DNA of 63,867 nucleotides, the filler included, from Choristocarpus tenellus KU-1152 (lineage: Eukaryota > Protista > Phaeophyceae): assembly GCA_964200185.2 (NCBI GenBank). It is 10 parts of 10 records of this genome, joined end to end, with 100 filler letters (N's around TTAATTAATTAA, not from the genome) between each part and the next. Parts side by side here need not be neighbours in the genome. Positions count along the whole stretch, not along the records: positions 48,868 to 55,682 come from CAXNAD020007286.1; positions 55,783 to 61,220 come from CAXNAD020010775.1; positions 61,321 to 63,867 come from CAXNAD020026877.1; 7 more parts are not named here. One strand, written 5' to 3'. How positions within the stretch are numbered: position 1 is the stretch's first letter; each line of letters starts with the position of its first letter. Shown piece after piece: positions 49,207 to 62,129 of this stretch. The translations under genes were made by a program, and so were the position numbers. The notes under the pieces are model-generated. The model did no database searches, was not told the origin of the DNA, and saw nothing but the letters and a program-made list of their open reading frames with translations.

Positions 49207-49787
49207 TTTTGCAGTTTTATTTTGAGAGTTGAAGTCGTTGAGCTACGAAAGGCCTTCACAGATTCATAGCATTCTTTCCTTTGTTTTTGCCCTCCTTTGT
49301 ACTCATTTTTTGAGTTTTGTTCTTTTCTCGTCCATAGGTTTACTTTTTCATTGCTTTATATTTGATGTAGAAGTCCTCTGTGGTTATATTTGTATTCCCC
49401 CTCATGATTTACTTTTTGTTTGCCCTCTATTGTGCTCTTAACCTTTGTTGCCTTCTCCTTCCGCCTGCATTTCTTACTTGTTTTGGTCACAAATTCTGGA
49501 TTAATCGTTTCCCGCCCTTAACCTCACATCTGCTTCACACTTTTCATCAACTAACTACCATCGCATCACTCACTCCATGGCTGACCAATTTCACATCACC
49601 ACCGTGTTACCACCATGACTATGGTTCCATTTCCGCCGCTGGTATCCACTCGCAGACCAATGCAGTCAATTTCAGTAGATGGTGTATCCACTACCAAAGC
49701 AGTGCAGTCAATTTATGTCTGGTATTCACTGACTAGCTAATGCAGCTAATATTTACACATCCACTTCCACACCAATTTTTCCGTAAT

Positions 49788-50048
49788 GCTCCCACCTTCA
49801 TCCATGACGCTACACATTCCAACAACACCTCACCTTAAGAGGCTCTCATCTGTCCACTCTTCTTCCATACTGATACAAATAGGAGTAAGTTTGTACACAA
49901 ACCAGCGACCATGATCCCACGCTCCCACCTTTGTCTACGACGCTCGACATTCCAACAACACCCCACCTTAATAGACTCCCATCTCTTCACTCTTCTTCCA
50001 CATACTGACATAAAATAGCAGTCTAAATTTGTACACAAACCAGCGATC
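49788..50048. repeat. Tandem duplication, ~133-bp period, 2 copies
   Basis: gctcccacctt...cattccaacaacacc...tttgtacacaaaccagcga occurs twice. Confidence 0.88.
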
Positions 50049-50168
50049 AATCTACAATGAAACTATTCTATTTTCACCATGATATTAGTCTTCTTAATTT
50101 ATCTCGTTATTCCAAGAGATGTCCAAGTTTGTGACTGGAGTCATGTAGACTGCGACTGATCACCTAAT

Positions 50169-50342
50169 GGGACAAAGTATCTGGAGGGGGGGGGTGGTTT
50201 GTGAGGGGGCGTCCGTTTCGGTCAAACAACTCTTATTCTTGTTAACATTTCGTGTCAAAAAATTCTGACACGTGCGACCAAATCACACCACCAAAAAAGT
50301 GAAAAACGGACACCGACACCCCACCCCCAGATACTTTGACCG
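50169..50342. mobile_element. MITE family C copy
   Basis: gggacaaagtatctgg...ccagatactttgaccg; 4-bp TSD taat. Confidence 0.9.
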
Positions 50343-51109
50343 TAATCATGACCCAATACGAACATATCTATCCCGAGTTACCACCTTATTGTCACCATAG
50401 ATCCTTCAAACTCTTATTATGAAGTGTATCAGGCGAATATCCCTCAATGATTGACATCTTTTCTTTCGAGACGAAATGCCAACGATCAACTATATCGGCG
50501 AAAGGAATTATCAAAAGCTACAGCTGATCACGGAGACTCGATCCCCCCCCCCCCTTAGACTATGAATTTTCCGGCGTATCCAAACACTTTTCACCCTAAT
50601 CTGTGTGTGAACTAATTTGATAGTTCTACCGTGGATATCCAGGAATATCATCAACATTTGCCGCCAGAACTGCACAGGCTACGGACATAGGTGGACTACG
50701 GCTGCAAGGGCTCTCTCCGTAGTAGGCTTGCAGTGAATGTTTTTCAAGGGTGACTCCTCAGAAATTGCACCAAAGATGGTGAAGATCAAGAAGCAAGAAG
50801 TGTCAGCATACGCTCAACAACACACATGTATATATAATTAATATTTATAGACGAAAGGCTCAAACGATTTTGGGTCCATGTGCATGACCTTTCAATCTAT
50901 ACGACTGTCTCTGCCTAGAACCGACCGCCCTTTTCTTTGCCCCATTCATACCAAAATCTGTGACAAATGCTCCTAATGTAGTTAGTCTGACTAATGCCAA
51001 CTGTGTGTGCAATTTTGTCATACGAAATCTCACAACACATATAGTAGTCAGTATCACCATAATCTAATATATACATATATATGTAACCTGCTCCTTGATC
51101 CTGGAGCAA

Positions 51110-52500
51110 ACTCAAACCAAGATATCAGGAGTTCCTGCCACCATAAGATCGTCAACGTGAGGGGCTATTACAGCACAAACAATGCCATTTCATACTTAGC
51201 GTAACACACAGGGATCTGCTCTGCATTGCTCAAGGCCACATTTTTCCAAAATATGCACCAACCAATTATTCAACTCCCTGCTAGCCTGTTTGGTGGCATA
51301 AAGATCTTTCACTAGACGCACCATCTTCACTGACCATAAACTACATCCGTCACATATACGAACAAATATTCCCTCTCTGATTTCGGATTCTGCTTCGTAT
51401 CCTAATGCATGAGACCTTATCTGTAACTAGTCCCAAAACCTTTCTTAAACGTACAGGCCATGTCGTAAGGGCAAAGGTATCACAGAAAATCTAAATCCTT
51501 GGTCTCATGAAGATCCTGTAGCTACTAGACATGCCTTGTATCTCACTACCGTATCAATTTTATTGAAGTTGTGCTAGTGAATATATTTAGCGTAAATTAA
51601 CCTGCATCCAGGGAGAAACACGTTCTCCACTCAACCGCCATTCAAAAAATTAACCAGACATCTCTTCTGCTCTAGCTCGATCCCACAAATCACATTCAGG
51701 AGAACTATGTGCTGTTCTTATACAGTCTTGGGTCCTGGAGGAATATCATCCGTTAACACTCTGATAGACTAATTCATCACTCACACAAATCACAAGAGTA
51801 GCCTCAATGGAAAACAGACAAAATATATCAAACAATGCAGCTCTTGTAAAACAAAACAGCGGATAAATCAAAGGAGTTTGAATGGCTACTAGGTGAAGTG
51901 CTGCAGAATGGTGACCTCCAGCGTCCAGTCTCCACTTCCTGAACTCTCACCAGTCCAGGAAAACATCTCTCTCAACACCATTTTGTACCTCCATCCAAAC
52001 ATTAAATGATAACCTCATATTCCCCTTGTACCCTCGATAAGTAAAGGAGATAACATTCTCAACACCCCCCACCTCTTGGACTGAGAGCAGATATAGCAGT
52101 TAGTGCTTGGGAGATGTGAAGGGAAATACGCATATAACAACAAATACAACACCACAACTGTCTTTTGTCTTGATCTTTTATCAAGGAGAGAATGTTGTGG
52201 TTGGCTGCCCCCATCATCATGGGGTGCAGATAGTAGGAGGTTCCCCCTTCCTCAACGGAGGAGCAAATGATCATTCGCCTCGTTAGGCAGCATTGTTTCC
52301 CCCTGGGGACAACCAAAATTCCCTTTCCTGGTTCCAACTCTGGCCAAGATAATTCATCCGCCTCATTAGACTGCATCGCACTCCCCTGGCGAAAAAAATG
52401 TACTGCCGGTGTCCTTTATTCCCATAGCTGTAGCACAGTCCTTCAAAAATGCAACGGCCGGCATGCTAGATCAACCCACGCTTGAAACTTTGTTCTAATA
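51110..52500 (-). mobile_element. Highly degenerate Copia relic (RT at ~51110-51550; possible gag knuckle at ~52400)
   Basis: Minus-strand VRYKACLVATG, MVRLVKDLYATKQASRELNNWLV..GLEQCRADPCVL, HVDDLMVAG; LCYSYGNKGHRQY. Confidence 0.7.
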
Positions 52501-53361
52501 TCTTGATCTCATCCCTGGCACGGGATTCTGTCGTGCTAGGTTCCGTATGATGACTAGTTGTACATTGGCCACCTCCTCGGTTGATCTCTTTAGTGACAGC
52601 TTTCAGGAGGGCGCAGTTCTAGAGATCAGAGTGCTCCCAGGCCCTCCGTGGTTCCCTGCTTCAAGTTGTAGAGAATGGAAAACGAACGGGCAGTGCATTG
52701 TATTGTGGATCTCGAATGCTCACCACTACCATGATGTTCTTGGTATTGTTTGGCAATCTGCAGTCGTCATCCAAACAATCCAGTAGAGTCAAAGTATCTG
52801 AGAGGGTAGAGTGTGTGCAATTTACCTTGGGAGGTAGTGCTATTTATCAGTAGTAAAGATAAGAAGGTGTGAAGCCTCACACGATCCCTTTTACTGAACG
52901 TGGAAAGAATGGATGTAATTAAAAGAGTGACCTTTGTGGGGTGTCTTCTCATTGCTTGTTTTATTATTATTTGTGCCTCATACATAAGATGGTTAATGTC
53001 AAAGTAGTTGAATACAGAATAAAAAATACATATCCCCATTCATAATCCGGATAAACTATGTCATTAGTTTCATCTCTCATACAAAAAATAAGGTACACCT
53101 CACTATTGTCCTGTTTTGCACACTCCCCCATGAGAGTGCAGGCAATGAAGGGTTGCTGGAACTCTCAAACCTAAAACGTCTTATTCTGCACACTCCCCCA
53201 TGAGAGTGGAAGTAAAATAATTTGTTCAACTCTCACACACATCACATTTATCCTGTCAATGCAGTAAAAGAACGCAGGTTGCTTCAATATTAACACACCA
53301 CATTCATCTAGTCAGCACAGTGTCTACAAAGGCTTCTACCTGCTTCTTACGTAATCTCTGG

Positions 53362-55620
53362 TCAAGATGTCTGCACATTGTAGTGCTGTGGGTCCCATTC
53401 CTTTACGATCAATGCTCTCTGCATAGAAACGCTAGTCCAGTGTGATGCCAGCCTCATCTCGGTTGATTGCCACCTCACAACTAACTTGTCTGGGGTCCCG
53501 AGGTCCCGTCCTTCGTACTTGGTACGCAGATTGCTCTTCTTCATCCTCTTTATTTCCTCGTCGAAGCCTCCAGTCAACGAGATGCCATCCACGTAGTGAA
53601 AGAGGACAGCGATCCTACCATCTTCACTCATCTTCACATATAGGCAGGCGTCGAAGTCGCAAACACTCCATTCCTCTGCTAAAATTGTTTCCTTTATCTC
53701 CTTGTACCACTCCATTGTTGATTGCTCAAGGTCATGGATGGCCCTGGTAGCTTTTACGATGGGTCCATTGGGCAGTTGTAGCCATACATCCTCAGGAAGT
53801 GGTGCGTTCAGGTAGGCTTGAGTGAAGTCTAGGGAGTTTACGACCCAGATTTTATTGGCTACTGCAGCTAGGACCACCCGAATCACGTCAAAATCCCACC
53901 ACTGGACTGAATGTGCTAAGTAGTCCGCCCCTTCTTGCTGTGCAAAACCCCGTGCCACCAGCCTGGCCTTGAACCTTTTCGATGTCTCCATTGGCTGTGT
54001 GTTTTATCTTGAGTATGAACAGATGTCACCTCCCATGCTCATCAAACAGTAGGCTTCATCTGCAAACAGTAGGCTTCATCTGTGCTTTCTCTGAGCAGAT
54101 TGACTATATGCTCTCCCAGTTACTGGGTATCACCAGAGTGTAAATCCCTGTAGTCCACCCTGGGTTGTTCAGCTATCCCGGATGACCTCGTTGTTCATTA
54201 TAGGTGAACGTTTCGAGTTCTTGTTCGCGGCTGTTGCTTATGGTATCGGATCGGATGTAATATCGACATCCCGATCAGAGTCGTCTTCAGTATCGCAAAT
54301 CTCTTCAACATATCATCCGTCAAAGTCATGGTCTATCTCTCCCCCACGAAGTCCATGATGTGTTGATCTGGATCGAAAATCACTTGGGCTGAGGTCACCA
54401 ACTTGGCCTCTTGAGGAAGCCAGATTTACCAACACAGTGATGTGTACGGTCGTGTCGCATGATTATACCCCGCTTGGTTTATGGGTGAAACTTTGATCCG
54501 GCTCCCCTCTGCTGCTTGTCCTGGTGAACATAGCACTCGCTTCCCCGGGTCCGACGCCTATCATAGTTGAAAGATTTACCTGTTAGACGATCGCATGGCA
54601 TCTCTCCTCTGAGGTATTCGTGAGTCGAAGTATCTTAGAGGGTACGAGTTTTGCCCTGTTTGTCCATTTGGAGGTTGGCTTAGCATTGAGTTTTTCATTA
54701 CATTTTCCTACTCCAAAATGTTTCGGAGTAGGTAAAATGTATACGTTATGAAAAGTTGTGTCCGGAGCGAGAATATTGACACTTCCTAACAAATACGATA
54801 GCCAAAACTACATCAAAATCGCAACATTGGATTTTTGCCTCCAAATGGACGCGCCCCTGTGTGGCACACCTCCAATTTTGAAGGCGATGTCCTTGATGGC
54901 AAAGAACCAGTACTCATCGCCCACCCCAGCCTTTGCCAGTTGACTCCTTGCTGCCCCCATGAGTTGCTTTAACTCCCCCTTTCGGCGATCCCGTTGCTCT
55001 GTGGCGTTCTCGGTGGGGATTTCCTCCATCAGGTACCGTTGTTCGCCAGCATCTCTTGGAACTTCACCGATCTCCCAATCTCGCCAGCACCATCCCCACT
55101 TCCACTGGAGGAGTTGAACACCGCATTTTTGTTAATCTCCTTGTCTGCTGTCACCTTCAAAGTAGAGAAGGAGCACGCTTCGTTCCCATCGACTATGGTG
55201 CTGCTCACTGGAGGTGGCGGAAATGTTCTCGCAGGTGCCATCTCAGGCTGACATGTTGCAGGTGGCTCTCCATTCAAATATGAATGACACTTCCGCCATT
55301 GATGGTTCATCTTCAAGCAGTATGCACATTGGTTTGGTTTGGAGCCGCTTCCAGCTGATTCCCTGGTCTTCCGAGCATGACCACTCTTTAGATTGCCATG
55401 CATTGCCAATACCCCATCGTGCCCATCTTGCTCTGAGTGAAGGTAAGTTGTCAACGAAATGATTGCCCGTTTGAGCTCCTCATAGATGATGTCCAGGCAC
55501 GTTATGAATTGCGAGAACACATGTGGCATGGCTTCCTTCATCCCAAGCAGTATAGATACCCTCTTCATGTTTTCCGATTTTGGCTCCTTAAGCTCCTCAA
55601 ATTCCGCGAGTAGTTGTTCG
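53362..55620 (-). mobile_element. Degenerate Ty1/Copia gag-pol relic
   Basis: Gag knuckle CAYCLKMNHQWRKC (CX2CX4HX4C); integrase ARSQLAKAGVGDEYWFFAI; RT RFKARLVARGFAQQEGADY, LDFTQAYLNAPL, HYVDG. Confidence 0.9.
54622..54855. mobile_element. MITE family B copy nested in the Copia integrase region, right TIR lost
   Basis: gagtcgaagtatcttagagggtacg...ccaaatggacgcg. Confidence 0.87.
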
Positions 55621-55859
55621 TAGATAGTGCTGCTGGTACACTATAGACACCACTGGTGGAGTGGATTAGGAAATGCAGACACNNNNNNNNNNNNNNNNNN
55701 NNNNNNNNNNNNNNNNNNNNNNNNNNTTAATTAATTAANNNNNNNNNNNNNNNNNNNNNNNNNNNNNNNNNNNNNNNNNNNNCTTTTTCCGCACCATTTT
55801 CGTTCGAAACCATCCTCAATAGTACGCTCCATCCTCAATTTTTAAAATCCACAGTTGTA

Positions 55860-56345
55860 TGAGTAGTCATAGATTTTATGCAGCGTAGCTACAAGCTGGG
55901 AGATACCGTAGTACAAAAACAAAGCAAATAAGAAAAACGTGTATAGATATTTCAGAGTACGAGATCAGGGCACTTGGTAGGTGGGGAGCTTAGGGGGATT
56001 GAACGTAACGAAAATAAGAATTGGGGATTAGCAGTAGATGTATGGTCGGCGATATGATGATTAATAGCGAGATTAGTAATGGGACGTTTATTAGGCATAG
56101 GCACCCTGTGAATCGATGGTTTGTCAATATGAGTAGTCATAGATTTTATGCAGCGTAGCTAAAAGCTGGGAGATACCGTAGAATAAAAAACGAAGCAAAT
56201 AACAAAAACCGTATAGATATTTCAGAGTACGAGATGAGGGCACTTGGTAGGTGGGGAGCTTAGGCGGATTGAACGCCACGAAAATAAGAATTGGGGATTA
56301 GCAGTAGATGTTGGTCGGCGATATGATGAATAATGAGATGCAATA
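55860..56345. repeat. Tandem duplication, 270-bp period (~1.8 copies)
   Basis: gagtagtcatagattttatgcagcgtagct... starts at 55861 and 56131 with high identity. Confidence 0.92.
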
Positions 56346-57319
56346 TTTAGAAGAAATGGACTGGGCAAGAGCATGATATTGGAAAACATGCAGGTTAAGA
56401 AGAGCACACCAATATAAAGAAGGTGGGAAGGGGAACGATTTGCTGTAGCTCATGCACCGCCCTGCGTACAAATTTAGGATAACCCTGTGAACAAAGGGCC
56501 ACTGTTTATCATGGTAGGTTACATTGTAGGGCTTTAGATTGCTTGATGGCAAAGAAAGTCGGGATTGGGGCTACGATGTATTACAGTTTAAGGAGGATTT
56601 GTGTGCGTCCTTTCTACAAATAATAGTAACAAGTCACCACAGTGAAGGAAAGGGATTTCAAAAAAATGAATGGTATAGTGCCCAATAGTAGGATAATCAG
56701 TTCAAGACAATAAAAGGGGTGGAGGTGGGGGGGAAGATTCAGCTCACAATAGTGGGATAAATCAGGTACGATGATATGTCAAAAACGTTTCCAATAGTTT
56801 TGAGTTGAACCAAGAGTGGAAATGGATGTGTTCAATTGATAGGAAGATATATGAATAATATGCTACATTCCCCTCAAGGTTACTTAACACTACTGTATTT
56901 ATATCCATATAAAATTGTCTAGGGAGATGATTGTTTAGATGAACCTGAACCATCTCAGATAAATGCGCACTTTGCTGATCCTAAGTGCATCATGTAACTA
57001 TGAATGTCTAACTCACCAGCAGCTATGACTGATCTAGACAAACACATGCACATTACATGTTCTAGTCTTATGGAACCCATCCAGACTAGTCTCTACCAGA
57101 TTACGCAAGGCAATGTTGAGGAGGGAGTATGAACAATGTTTTAGTAATGGGTTGATCCCTGACGAGGGGTGGGAATGTTGATTTGAGAATACAGGTACGG
57201 CACAGACATTGGATGGAGGTGATCTCCAACAGCCTTCCAAGGTAAGAGAAGTTCAAGAACGTACAGGGGGGGTGGGGGTGGGAAGGATAGATTTATGAAA
57301 CTCGTAGTCAAAACCAGCT

Positions 57320-57576
57320 GAGTAAAAGTATCTTAGAGGGTACGAGGTTTGCCCTGTTTGTCCATTTGGGGCTTGGCTTCCCACGGGTTTTTTTGTGACA
57401 TTACCTACTCCGAAATGTGTCAGAGTAGGTAAAATGTATCCATTATGAAAAGGTGTGTTCGGAACAAGGATATTGACATCTCCTAACAAACACGATAGCC
57501 AAAATTACATCAAATCGCAACATTGGATTTTGACCCCCAAATGGACGCGTCTCTATCCTCTAAGATACGTTAACTC
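57320..57576. mobile_element. MITE family B copy
   Basis: gagtaaaagtatcttagagggta...taagatacgttaactc; 4-bp TSD agct. Confidence 0.92.
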
Positions 57577-58379
57577 AGCTGAAACCCGTCAAGGCATTCA
57601 GTACTACAGATTCCATCTCAAACTGTCAAGCAAAAAAAAAGAGAGCTAATACAAATTTGAGGTAGGGCGTAGGCTATATATCTGGAGAGATACAAAATAA
57701 ATAAAAAATGCAGAAGAGTAGTTTAATGTCAGAAATAGAAGGAGTGTGTAGGTAGCCAAGAATTGGGTTACGAAGTGTGTGGAGGCATAGCCACAAGTGA
57801 TAGAACCCAACTACTACTTTAAAGGACCTTATGCGGGTGCAATATACCATAACCCAAGGATAGGTCATTGGAGACTAGCTGGTTTGGGTGCTTTAATTTT
57901 TACTCCAAATATTTATTGAAGGAAAACAAGGTGGGTCATAGGTCCCGCGGGTCAGTCAAAGGACTTTATTTTTGCAGCTGGTGTACCCGTTGGGATTACA
58001 CCAGCGGGGGGGGCTGATGGCGTAGACTAGCGGGAAAGGGGGGGGTCAGAGGGGATAGACATAGACCAGGAATTGAATTTTCAGGACAAGGAAAGTGGGA
58101 CCAAGTATGAGAGCCCATCATGGGGGTGGTTAGGGAGAACAGAGTGCAGGGGGGAGAAAAGGAAACAGAGAGGTCAGGGTAATTAGGGAATTTAAGGAAG
58201 ACTTCTATGGGTGGGGATGGGTGGTAGGACAAAGGGTTGATTGAAAGAGGAGAGAACTTGAGTTTCCAGTTATTATGGGATAATATGTGGTTAGACCACC
58301 GGAGACGACACTACTCAGCTGCGTGCCTTACAGAAGTAGGGAGTTACAACGTGGAGACGGGTAAGTGTTCGAGGTATAT

Positions 58380-59290
58380 TGTTAGGACGTTGAGTATTTA
58401 TTCTCGCGTTCTAACAAGCGCGAGCAGTATACACGCGTGGGGAACCATATAAAGAGGAACTCCAATTTGCTTAAGGTTCCAGAATAAGATCTGTAACTTG
58501 GAAATGTTGCAACAGTTTTCAGATGTATTCCAACTTCTGTTAAAACAAAATCAAACGCAGATGATAAAAGAGTAAAGAGTACTATTTATTAAAAGCCCCT
58601 CTAAACACTTCTTTTCTTGATATATATGATGCCACACACTCATTGATATTGAAAGAGAGAAGTACCCCCGCTTCTGCTGAGCTGAAGTTCGGCTAACCTG
58701 ATGTGCGATGGACTCCTCTGAACGGTCGAAGTATTCTGAGAGGCTCGCACGAGCATCAGCATTTTCTATGGGCTTGCGGGGATTGGAACTATACATCCTG
58801 TGGAGGTAAGCTTCTGGAGCGTACTGTAACATGGAGGTCCTACCTGGTCTCTTCAAACTGGAGAGAGCACTCAGTTTTCACCTCGACACTTCGGATTCTT
58901 GGTAACTCCCTACTGTAGCCTGAATTTTTTTCTAAGTGGTTTTGTCGTCTCCCTGGATGGTTTTGGGGCGCTTTCATTGTCTGCGGGATTGTCTTCTGTT
59001 CCGTCTCGCCGTCTCCTTGGGTGGTCTTGGAGCGCTTGCATCACCTCCTAACTTGTAGGATGGGCCTGGGGTAATGGGCCTGGGGTGATGGGCCTGGGGT
59101 GATGGCATCTGTGGCTCCAAGAGAGGCATCATACACCTCTGATCGCAAACGAGTGTTCTCTGACTGCCATGGTATAGACATTGCCCAGGTAGTTATTTCC
59201 CGCCATTCGTACACTGACATTCCTTTTCTGTTTTTCGTGTGTCACGCTGTTCTTTTATTTCACAGGTTCGCCGGGAATCAGTGATTTGGA
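58380..59290 (+). mobile_element. LTR-Q element 5' part: LTR 58380-58831, PBS 58832-58844, leader
   Basis: TGTTA...TAACA followed directly by TGGAGGTCCTACC, complementary to a tRNA-Gln-type 3' end (GGUAGGACCUCCA); leader homologous to 62276-62708. Confidence 0.8.
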
Positions 59291-60055
59291 GAAGTTCTAG
59301 CCCAGGGCCAGACTTCGCGAGAATTCCTGTAGCAGTCGTGCCGACTCAACGCATTTATGCATCACATCCATGCAGCTATAACTTAACTCCTTTCCACATC
59401 GATCTCCCCGAAAACTCTTGTCTGACTTTCTTAGGACACACAGCGTTCCTTCTGGGTGACTCGTTTACAGTTGACGTCCCACACATCACAGGACAGCTCT
59501 TACAGTTCCCTCGAGACAACGTAAGAGCAATTAATTGAGTGAGTCCATATTTTGGGGAGAGAATACACCATTTTTATATGGCCAACCGAAAATCACGGTA
59601 AAGGTTGCCATGGGTTGTTTTTGTTTGGAAGACAGAGAAAGGCATGGCGCAGAAGGCTGCAGCAATAGCCTAGTTTTGGACTATCAAGTGTATAACGTGG
59701 ACTCATGGATGCCTCATATATATGAAGCTCTTTTGGGGGGGGACACATGGGTGAAGGGAAACTCATTGATTTGTACGAACGAGCCCTCCCAACTCTCCTC
59801 CCCAATGTCCTAACCAAACGATGATGCGGGACATTCGGGATATTTAGATGGGGTATTTTACCAGAAGAAGTTTCGCGGAATGTTAGAGTAGGAGTATTTC
59901 TGGAGTGTTCTAGAGAACTTTCGGGTCAAATGGTATTCTGAGTTATTTGCTGTAAGGTTTGGTGAGCCCCATCTGGTGATGGTGTCTCACTCTCTTCTCA
60001 TCTCTGATACAAGTAAATAAACAATATAACAACTGGTTGTGTGGGACAACAGACC

Positions 60056-60370
60056 TATTACAGCACGCTCCAGAAGCTTACCTCTACAGGATGTAGAGAT
60101 CCAATCCACAGGCCTATAGATGACACTGATGCTCGTACAAGCCACCTAGGATACTCCGACAGTCGAAGGTTTAACAAGGTTAATGAGCGCCAGGTCAGCA
60201 GAAGAGGGGTACTTTTCTCAATCAACATCAGTGTGTATATAGCATCGTGTGGAAAGCATGTTTGTCTGTTGTTATATCGTTATTGCCGTATGCCATACAC
60301 CGATATACCGTTGTACCAATTGAGGTTCGTTGTCTACCATCCACGATTCCACTGGCAGATCGTGAGAATG
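60056..60370 (-). mobile_element. LTR-Q-related LTR fragment, reverse orientation; its distal part also matches 25197-25310
   Basis: ttacagcacgctccagaagcttacctctacaggatgtagagatccaatc is the reverse complement of the 58780-58830 LTR end. Confidence 0.75.
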
Positions 60371-61320
60371 AAACCATGGAATCTCTTCAAGAGACCAGTT
60401 CTACAGGTTTGGGACTGATCGTCATTCAGAGTTGTCGAACATGAAAGATTCACTTTGTTCTCACGTCTTGACTTTTGGTGATGATCTTCCTCTCTGAAGA
60501 TGCCCATTACTCCTCAATTTTCCCTGGAAGTCCTTGAATTCTTGCACTTGTCCAACCCTAACCTCGTACTCTCGGTTACGGTTCGTCTTGGTTCGTCTGG
60601 TCTGTCTTGCCCAGTGATTCTCTTCGCTACCCTTACCAGAGTGAACCACGCCGCCACAGAATCACACGATTCACAATCAGAATCAAAGAAAAGTGACTTA
60701 ACAAGGTCATTTGATCATACAACGCTCTTTTGTTTCTTTATCGCCATCTGCGTTTTATTCTGTTTTGGTTATCAGAAGTTGGAATACACCTGATTTTCAA
60801 AAACTGTTGGATACATTCCCGACTTACAGATCTTATTCAGCAACCTTTAGCAAACCAGAGTTCCTCTTTACAAGGTTCCCCAGGCGTGTATACTGCTTGA
60901 TCTTGTTAGGACGTGAAACGAAATACTCGCACTTTTAGCTTGTATAACAGATCGTCAAGGGCACCTTAACATGCTATAGGACTTACTAAGCATGCTTGGG
61001 TAGTTACTATATTTGAACTTTAGCTATCACCGGGAAGGGAGTCAAGACAAACAAGATGATGCCCAGATCAAGATTTGATTCAAGTCTGAACTCCATTGAT
61101 GACGAAGTTGAAGAACCGCCAATGGTCCGTTAGGGGGGGGAGATTCAGGGGTTGGGGGTGGGACAAGAGATACCGTGGCCGGGGAGGCTAGACCCGTATT
61201 TGGACCCAAGCTAAAACAACNNNNNNNNNNNNNNNNNNNNNNNNNNNNNNNNNNNNNNNNNNNNTTAATTAATTAANNNNNNNNNNNNNNNNNNNNNNNN
61301 NNNNNNNNNNNNNNNNNNNN

Positions 61321-61960
61321 GTATATTTGCAGTACTGAAGGTACCTGTGTCCAACAAACCATGGAATTCCTTAGACATAGCCTCTTCCCATACCGGCCAG
61401 TATTCAGACTTTTGGGCCTCAGCATAAGGTTGTGGAGCTGGTTCCAACTCAGAAACAAGACGACCATGCAGGGGGGTACTCATCAACACTGATTCAGGGG
61501 TGGGCTGTACAGCCAAAGCATAAGCAACATGTTGCCTCTCTACTTTAGCAACAACGGGCATCACATTACCAACACCTGTACTACCTTCAGCTCTGGCACC
61601 AGTTTCCTGTCTAGTTCTACCCAACTCAATGCTAGGTTCACGGTCTGGACTAGGAAGAAAGTCTTTCAGCTGGCGAGCTGCAGTACGGGCAGCTGTTGAG
61701 TCAGCAACTGCCTGAAGCAAGTGCTGTAGACTCGAGGATGAGACATGTCCTACACTCTCTTCACCATCTCGGGCAGTGTCTCTGGACAGACTCATGTCAA
61801 CTCGACCTCCATCCCCATCACCAGGGGAAGGGTCAACAGTCAGATCCTTGACAATCTTACCTACACTCCCTTCACCAGGGGGAGGTTCATTAGTCAGACT
61901 TTCTCCTTTGTTACCAAAGGACGGCCTCTCACCTAGAACAAACCTGTCCTCACTTCCGTC
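61321..61960 (-). mobile_element. Copia pol fragment (integrase-RT linker), same family as 39036-42196
   Basis: VAYALAVQPTPESVLMSTPL...EAQKSEYWPVWEEAMSKEFHGLLDTGTF is nearly identical to the translation of 41270-41480. Confidence 0.85.
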
Positions 61961-62129
61961 GCTACAGGAAGTGTCACAGGCGATATGTCTTGATGGCGGT
62001 TTCATAAACACCATTTTGACATTGAAATTCTAGATTTGATATATTTGTACTTCTTGATTATTTATTTATTATTTGGTCATTATAGTCCCCGATTGTGATA
62101 AGATATCGTTGATCAGTTCCTTTCTATAT

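Noticed and set aside
7869-57649. Recurring short ORFs such as ...QSIWGGG..., ...APNGQTGQNSYPLRYF... and MLGSVNILVPDT... that look like a peptide family
   Set aside because: They are chance translations of MITE families A and B. Frames, starts and stops are not conserved between copies.
58832-58844. tRNA gene
   Set aside because: Only a 13-nt complement to a tRNA 3' end (a PBS); no cloverleaf.
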